The notes beneath the pieces were generated by a model that was not told where the DNA came from, did no database searches, and was given only the letters and a program-made list of their open reading frames with translations. A DNA stretch of 64,000 nt. Source: a bacterium. GTDB lineage: Bacteria; Hinthialibacterota; Hinthialibacteria; Hinthialibacterales; Hinthialibacteraceae. How positions within the stretch are numbered: position 1 is the stretch's first letter; the number at the start of each line of letters is the position of its first letter. The DNA lies in the NCBI GenBank assembly GCA_963662285.2, contig CAXXMV010000002.1, forward strand, positions 1,632,001 to 1,696,000, read 5' to 3'. Shown here one piece after another: positions 58,397-64,000 of the stretch. A program made the translations under genes and the position numbers.

Positions 58397-61300
58397 ATGA
58401 CTCGATTAAAGATCACTTTGTTAACATTCAGTATTGCTTTAATGGCGACTAGTTTGATTGCCGTAAGCGGCGCATATGGTGAAGTTCGCATTTGGGAAGA
58501 GGAATTGGTGATTCCGTCTTATGAAATTTTGCCCGCTGAACGTCTGCCCCGGTTTTATGAAGGCCGGGTCTATCAGGGCGCCCAAGGGCGGGTCTATCCC
58601 TACCCCATGTCGGATCGTTTGACCAGCAATCTAAATGATCAAACCTATGACGCGGTGTATCTGGAAAATGAATACGTCAAAATTAGCGTCCTGCCGGAAA
58701 TCGGCGGGCGTATTTTTACCGCCCTCGATAAAACCAATGGCTATGATTTCTTCTATCGCCAGCATGTGATCAAGCCAGCCTTGATCGGAATGCTGGGCGC
58801 CTGGATATCCGGCGGGGTGGAATGGAATTTCCCCCATCACCATCGATCCAGAACCTATATGCCGATGGATTATCAAATAACCGAGAACTTGGATGGCAGC
58901 AAGACGCTGTGGCTCAGCGAATTGGAACGGCGTCACCGTATGCGCTTTATGCTGGGTTTGACATTGCATCCCGGAAAGTCGTATATCCAAGCCACAGTTA
59001 AGATGATCAACCGCACGCCGTATGTCAATTCGTTTCTATATTTCGCCAATCCAGCGGTTCATGTGGATGAGACCTATCAGGTTATCTTTCCGCCGGATGT
59101 GGAATTCGTTACTCAACACGCCAAACGCGAGTTTTCTGAGTGGCCTGTTTCTAATAGTAGATACGGCGGGCGTAAATACAACAATGAAGATATCAGCTGG
59201 TGGAAGAATCTGCCATCGCCGGTATCGTTTTTCTGCTGGAATTATGATGCGGATTACTTCGCGGGTTACGATCATGGCAAAGAGGCCGGAGTGGCTTATG
59301 TATCCAATCATCACATCGCTCCGGGGATGAAGTTCTTTACCTTCGGTTGCGGCAATTCAGGCAAAACCTGGGACAAGATGTTGACTGACGAAGATGGTCC
59401 CTATCTGGAATTAATGGCGGGGGGCTATTCTGACAACCAACCGGATTACAGCTGGGGGCAACCCTACGAGACCAAGACGGTTAATCAATACTGGTTCCCC
59501 CTGCGTCAATTGGCTGATATGAAATACGCCAATCTGCAAGGCGCAGTGCATTTCAAAGTTGTAGAGAATCAGACGGCGAAAATCCGCATCAACTCAACCT
59601 CGGAACGTAAAAACGCCAAGGTGGTTTTGTATAATGGTGATGAGATTCTATTTGAACAGGCCATAGATATCAACCCGGCCAAACCATTCTCGGCGGATGT
59701 GAAAGTTCCAACTGGCATCGAAGAAGGCAATCTGAAAATTACTCTCCAGTCTGCTGAAGGCGAAACGCTGCTGCAATACTCTCCCATCAAACAGCCCGGC
59801 AAGCCTATGCCTGATCCGGTTGAACCGCCCCCGGCGCCGGAAAAGATTGAGACCATCGAAGAACTGTATCTGGCGGGGTTGCGCCTCGACCTGTTCCATA
59901 ACGCCAAAGTTGATTCGATGCCTTATTATGAAGAAGCGTTGCGTAGGGATCCCGGCGATGCGCGGGTTAATACCCAAGTGGGCATTCTGTACAGCAAACG
60001 TGGACTCTTCGCCGAAGCTGAAGAAAAACTGACCGCCGCAGTGGAGCGTATATCGCGCAATTACACCCGCGTAAGAGATGGCGAAGCCTTTTATTACCTG
60101 GGCGGGGCGCTTAAAGCGCAGCATAAATACAAAGCGGCCTACGACGCCTATTACCGCTCTAGTTGGAGTTCGGCGTGGCATTCGGCGGCCTATTATTCAT
60201 TGGCGCAGCTGGATTGCCTGGCTGGCAATTACGACAAAGCGCTGGATCATTTACAGCGCTCTATCAATACCAATGCGCTCAACACCAAGGCGCTTAACCT
60301 CAAAGCCGCCGTTTTGCGCAGGATGGAACGGTATGCTGAAGCAGAGAAAATAATCGCTTCAGCCAATGACATTGATCGATTCGATTATTGGACGATCAAC
60401 GAACAGATTCTGACTCATCGTCAAATGGGATTATTTAAAAAGTCGGATGAAGAGTTGCAAGCCATGTGCGGCCTGATGCAAGATAAGGTGCAGACCCTTC
60501 TGGAACTGGCGGTTGATTACGGCGCCTGTGGTTTGTGGGATGAAGCGATTGACGTGTTGCAACGGCTGGCGGCGTCCAAAACCAGCAGCGACTCATCTTT
60601 CCCGATGGTTTATTATTATTTGGGATATTTCCATGATCAAAAGGATGAGTCCACTCAAGCGCTGAAATATTATAAACAAGCGGCTGCCATGCCGACGGAT
60701 TATTGCTTCCCCTTCCGTCTGGAATCGATTGACGTGCTGCAATGCGCTATGACCCGTAATCCACTGGATGCATTGGCGCCATATTATCTGGGTAACCTGC
60801 TCTATGACTGGCAGCCGGAAAAGGCGGTTGAATATTGGGAGCAGGCCAGGCGAAACAATTGCTCCTACTATGCGTTATACCGTAATCTGGCATACGCCTA
60901 CGCCAAGGATGACGGGCGCATTGATCAAGCCATCGCTTTGATGGAACAAGCCATAGAACGTAATGCTACTGATCCAAGAGTATTCTTTGAACTCGATGAA
61001 CTATATGAAAAACAGGGCGCCACGCTGGAAAAGCGGGTTGCGCTGCTGAACCAACATTATGAAATTATTCTGCAACGCGACGATGCATTGCAACGCGCTA
61101 TTGGATTGTTCGTCCTTACTGGAGAATATGATAGAGCGGTTGATCTCTTGACCAATCATAATTTCCACACCTGGGAGGGCGGTGGTTCGATTCATAATAT
61201 TTATGTCAACGCTTTTCTGCTGCGCGGTGTGCAGCGCTTGCATAACAAAGATTACCAAGAGGCCTTGCAGGATTTCCAAAAGTCTCTGCTCTATCCGGAT

Positions 61301-61750
61301 AACCTGGAAGTGGCTCAACCTTATGTGGATGATAAAGCCCCACGCGCATGGCATCTGATGGGCGTGTGCTACGCGGAAATGGGTGATGAGGAACAGGCCA
61401 AAACCTATTTTGATAAATCATGCAAGCAAAAACACCGCTCACCGGAGATTGCCTATTACCGCGCTTTGTCGTATCAAAAAACCGGACAGCAGGATGAAGC
61501 GGTCAAGATATTTGATGAGCTGATTGAATCAGGCAACGATATGCTGAAGAATCCCGGATCGCATGACTTCTTCGCCAAGTTCGGAGAACGGCAATCGCCC
61601 AAAGAGCGCAAGGCCACCGCGTATTATATCATCGGCCTGGGACATCTTGGTAATGGAGAAACGGATAAAGCCAAAGATGAGTTTGCGCAATCGTTGGCTC
61701 TTAATATCAACCAGGCATGGACCCAATATCAATTGGATCAATTGAAATAG
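58397..61750 (+). CDS. DUF5107 domain + TPR repeat protein, exported
   Basis: LENEYVKISVLPEIGGRI, GAWISGGVEWN, YLELMAG..DNQPD, then TPRs. Start uncertain (58370, 58385 or 58397). Confidence 0.88.
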   Translation: MTRLKITLLTFSIALMATSLIAVSGAYGEVRIWEEELVIPSYEILPAERLPRFYEGRVYQGAQGRVYPYPMSDRLTSNLNDQTYDAVYLENEYVKISVLPEIGGRIFTALDKTNGYDFFYRQHVIKPALIGMLGAWISGGVEWNFPHHHRSRTYMPMDYQITENLDGSKTLWLSELERRHRMRFMLGLTLHPGKSYIQATVKMINRTPYVNSFLYFANPAVHVDETYQVIFPPDVEFVTQHAKREFSEWPVSNSRYGGRKYNNEDISWWKNLPSPVSFFCWNYDADYFAGYDHGKEAGVAYVSNHHIAPGMKFFTFGCGNSGKTWDKMLTDEDGPYLELMAGGYSDNQPDYSWGQPYETKTVNQYWFPLRQLADMKYANLQGAVHFKVVENQTAKIRINSTSERKNAKVVLYNGDEILFEQAIDINPAKPFSADVKVPTGIEEGNLKITLQSAEGETLLQYSPIKQPGKPMPDPVEPPPAPEKIETIEELYLAGLRLDLFHNAKVDSMPYYEEALRRDPGDARVNTQVGILYSKRGLFAEAEEKLTAAVERISRNYTRVRDGEAFYYLGGALKAQHKYKAAYDAYYRSSWSSAWHSAAYYSLAQLDCLAGNYDKALDHLQRSINTNALNTKALNLKAAVLRRMERYAEAEKIIASANDIDRFDYWTINEQILTHRQMGLFKKSDEELQAMCGLMQDKVQTLLELAVDYGACGLWDEAIDVLQRLAASKTSSDSSFPMVYYYLGYFHDQKDESTQALKYYKQAAAMPTDYCFPFRLESIDVLQCAMTRNPLDALAPYYLGNLLYDWQPEKAVEYWEQARRNNCSYYALYRNLAYAYAKDDGRIDQAIALMEQAIERNATDPRVFFELDELYEKQGATLEKRVALLNQHYEIILQRDDALQRAIGLFVLTGEYDRAVDLLTNHNFHTWEGGGSIHNIYVNAFLLRGVQRLHNKDYQEALQDFQKSLLYPDNLEVAQPYVDDKAPRAWHLMGVCYAEMGDEEQAKTYFDKSCKQKHRSPEIAYYRALSYQKTGQQDEAVKIFDELIESGNDMLKNPGSHDFFAKFGERQSPKERKATAYYIIGLGHLGNGETDKAKDEFAQSLALNINQAWTQYQLDQLK

Positions 61751-61771
61751 ATTGCAAAAACAATAAATAAT

Positions 61772-61806
61772 AAAGCCGCTCGGAGTTAATTTGCCGGGCG
61801 GCTTTT
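61772..61806 (+). terminator. Rho-independent terminator
   Basis: AAAGCCGCTCGG...CCGGGCGGCTTTT. Confidence 0.7.
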
Positions 61807-61809
61807 CGC

Positions 61810-61900
61810 GTAGGGTGGGCTAAAAGCCGCGAAGCGGCGTAGCCCACCATGATGCATAAGTGGCTTTGGTGGGCTACGCTTCGCTTTTAGCCCACCCTAC
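61810..61900. repeat. GTAG REP doublet (REPIN), copy 3
   Basis: Inverted relative to copy 2. Overlaps the stop codon of the next gene. Confidence 0.9.
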
Positions 61901-63249
61901 CTGATGATGATAGATTTAAGTTTTATGGAATCGCCTTTGTTTGAATTTACAAAGGGATCGATTCTTAGTCCGGTGATGTTTCCCTGATATCCGGGGGCTT
62001 GGCCGATATCAATGATATGTTTGTTTGAGCCTTTGTCTTTAGGCCATTGGTATGAAATGCTGTTTGATGCGGAAAACTTATTGTCAGCGGAGGTTTTCCA
62101 ATAGATGCGGCCTGTGCTTTGGTTTTTCTCGTCGGCTGCTTTTATTTCAGCATCAATGATCAATTTGTGATTCTTATCGGCTTTCCAAAAGCTGCTTGGG
62201 CCGGTCAACTGCATACCGGCCCCATCGGCGGTGATGTTAAGCTGGTTTTTGATTGGCCATCCCTCATCCTGAGCGTTTTGATATACCCAATGCTGGCGGT
62301 CTTTCTGGAACATATATTCCGGGAGCGTGAGCGATGGTGTGTTTTTATAAATGTGCTTTCTGATATTTTGCAGGGAATCAAGAATCAGAACATAATGATA
62401 ATCATATTGAATGTTATGATCCAGAATATCCTGATGCAGAGGAGCGATGTAGCCGGTGGGAGCGTCTTTCGGGCCGCCCTTGCCTGGTTGGCCGTAGAAG
62501 CCGCCGATAAAGGAATAAACGCCGGGATGCCATACGCCCAGACCCCAGTCGTCATCATTAACCAGCGCCGCCCAGTTCTCGGCTGCGAACCAATGTTCCC
62601 AGCGGATGCCGTTGGTATGATCCTGCTTGGGGATTTCCTTAAGGGCGCCGTCGGTATAGGGTTGGTCTCCGGTGTATGTCATTAACTTATGGTATGGCGC
62701 ATTGGTATAGACCGCTGGAAGTTCCTGAGAACGTCCGGTGTATTGCGTCTTGTCTGAACGCTTATTGTTAATGCGCGAGCGAACCTGGACGGTGCGGCCT
62801 TGCAGAGTATACCAGCATTCAAAGGTGCATTCTCCCGGTTGGTTTTCCAGCGGCCAGTGCATGGGGATGCACTTAAGGTAGATGCTTTTGCCGTCGTTTT
62901 TATGTTCGATCACTTTTGACTGGTTGCCATAGCAGTCGCCTGATTGAATCGGGTTCCATCCCAGGAATTTCCAGTCATCCCTGGGTTGCTTGCCGTTTGG
63001 CTCGAATGGATTGGGGCCGGAGTAGAACGACATTTGCACCTGCCGTCCCCAGTCGTGGCTGTTGATGACATTGATGCCATCACCTGATTCGGCGATATAT
63101 GTTATGGCGCCGCCGATCTGCAGGTTGGCGCCCAGTTTGATTTGACCGTTATCCAGCCAACTCATACCAGTAGTACAGGCATTCGCGTTATGAACGGTGT
63201 GACATAACAACATAACGATGGCTAATTTAATGATGGATTTCATGTGCAT
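61897..63249 (-). CDS. Secreted hypothetical protein (possibly carbohydrate-active)
   Basis: Signal peptide (ANA-C), Trp/Gly-rich, C-terminal LRIDP beta-sandwich motif. Confidence 0.7.
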   Translation of the reverse strand: MHMKSIIKLAIVMLLCHTVHNANACTTGMSWLDNGQIKLGANLQIGGAITYIAESGDGINVINSHDWGRQVQMSFYSGPNPFEPNGKQPRDDWKFLGWNPIQSGDCYGNQSKVIEHKNDGKSIYLKCIPMHWPLENQPGECTFECWYTLQGRTVQVRSRINNKRSDKTQYTGRSQELPAVYTNAPYHKLMTYTGDQPYTDGALKEIPKQDHTNGIRWEHWFAAENWAALVNDDDWGLGVWHPGVYSFIGGFYGQPGKGGPKDAPTGYIAPLHQDILDHNIQYDYHYVLILDSLQNIRKHIYKNTPSLTLPEYMFQKDRQHWVYQNAQDEGWPIKNQLNITADGAGMQLTGPSSFWKADKNHKLIIDAEIKAADEKNQSTGRIYWKTSADNKFSASNSISYQWPKDKGSNKHIIDIGQAPGYQGNITGLRIDPFVNSNKGDSIKLKSIIIR

Positions 63250-63250
63250 T

Positions 63251-64000
63251 TCAATTCTCTTTCTTAAGTGTAGATTGTTCTGCGATTGGTTTGCTGGTGA
63301 TCAAGCCGATGCCGCGTCCTTTGTTTCCGACGGCGCAATAGAACATGTAGAATGTCTGGTTGTCTGGATTGAAAACCAGTGAAATTTTATGCGCGTAGGT
63401 TTTATCAAGTCCACCGGGATGGCCGCCGTTCTTATAGAGCGGTTCGGGGCGCACCGTCCAATGGAGTAAATCCTTTGAGAAAGCAGCCATGATATGGGCG
63501 CCGCCATGTCCGACTCCGAAATAGAACATCACCCAGTGATCTTTATCCCAAAATACTTTTGGATCGGAACAGAACCGGTCATCGAATCCACCGGGAGTGT
63601 TGCGAAGGATCGGGTTCTGCTTGAACCTGTTCCAGTTGATCAGGTCAGTTGAAAAGGCCAGACCGCTTTGTTCTATGGAGCCATCAGCTGCGTTATAGAA
63701 ATTGTAGAATTCGCCCTGGTGTTGAACCAGCCAGGGTTGGTAGATGCAATCTTTTTCCCAGGCCTGGCAATCAGGATCAGTCACAGCTAGTATGGTGGAT
63801 TCTTTAGCGCGGCGCCATTGCAGACCGTTATCGCTGAAGGCTGCGCCTTCCGAACCGGGGCGCAGTTCATAACCGCCCTGACGCGGGTAGGCGCCGTATA
63901 GCGTCCAGTATTTATCCTGGAATTTTTTGAGAAGCCGCGGCGCCTTGATATCATAAGATTCATACAAGAAGGCGCCGATTACTCTGCCGCCATGATCGAA
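63251..64000 (-). CDS. Five-bladed beta-propeller glycosidase-like protein (5' end outside the window)
   Basis: GLAFSTDLINW..NPIL, SDPKV..WVMFYFG, AFSKDLLHW. The frame stays open to the window edge. Confidence 0.75.
   Translation of the reverse strand, partial: FDHGGRVIGAFLYESYDIKAPRLLKKFQDKYWTLYGAYPRQGGYELRPGSEGAAFSDNGLQWRRAKESTILAVTDPDCQAWEKDCIYQPWLVQHQGEFYNFYNAADGSIEQSGLAFSTDLINWNRFKQNPILRNTPGGFDDRFCSDPKVFWDKDHWVMFYFGVGHGGAHIMAAFSKDLLHWTVRPEPLYKNGGHPGGLDKTYAHKISLVFNPDNQTFYMFYCAVGNKGRGIGLITSKPIAEQSTLKKEN

Overview
A 64-kb bacterial chromosomal segment with about 45 genes. I found no rRNA, tRNA, CRISPR array or intact transposase. Content includes carbohydrate and sulfated-glycan catabolism genes (Gfo/Idh oxidoreductase, sugar porter, heparinase II/III-like lyase, ketose epimerase, GH29 fucosidase, sulfatase, DUF5107-TPR protein), a MarR-RND efflux operon, fumC, wecB, a UroD/MtaA-CobW pair, an isolated PduS/PduT-like microcompartment pair, a diguanylate cyclase and a BlaI/M56 pair. 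Intergenic regions hold several REP-like palindrome families and a truncated RAYT gene. Four observations stand out. (1) Four Sec-exported proteins from three unrelated families end in the same 9-residue motif, T-x-[VI]-x-[DN]-[WF]-x-[LIM]-[YH]-stop, a candidate undescribed C-terminal sorting signal. (2) The extracellular C-terminal domain of the BlaR1-like M56 protein is a headless copy of the GspG-like pilin encoded 16 kb away. (3) Two orphan genes without signal peptides have sigma28-type promoters, one with CsrA-type GGA hairpins. (4) One of three REPIN copies has its spacer flipped. The gene style suggests Hinthialibacterota (OLB16) or Sumerlaeota, but that is inference only.
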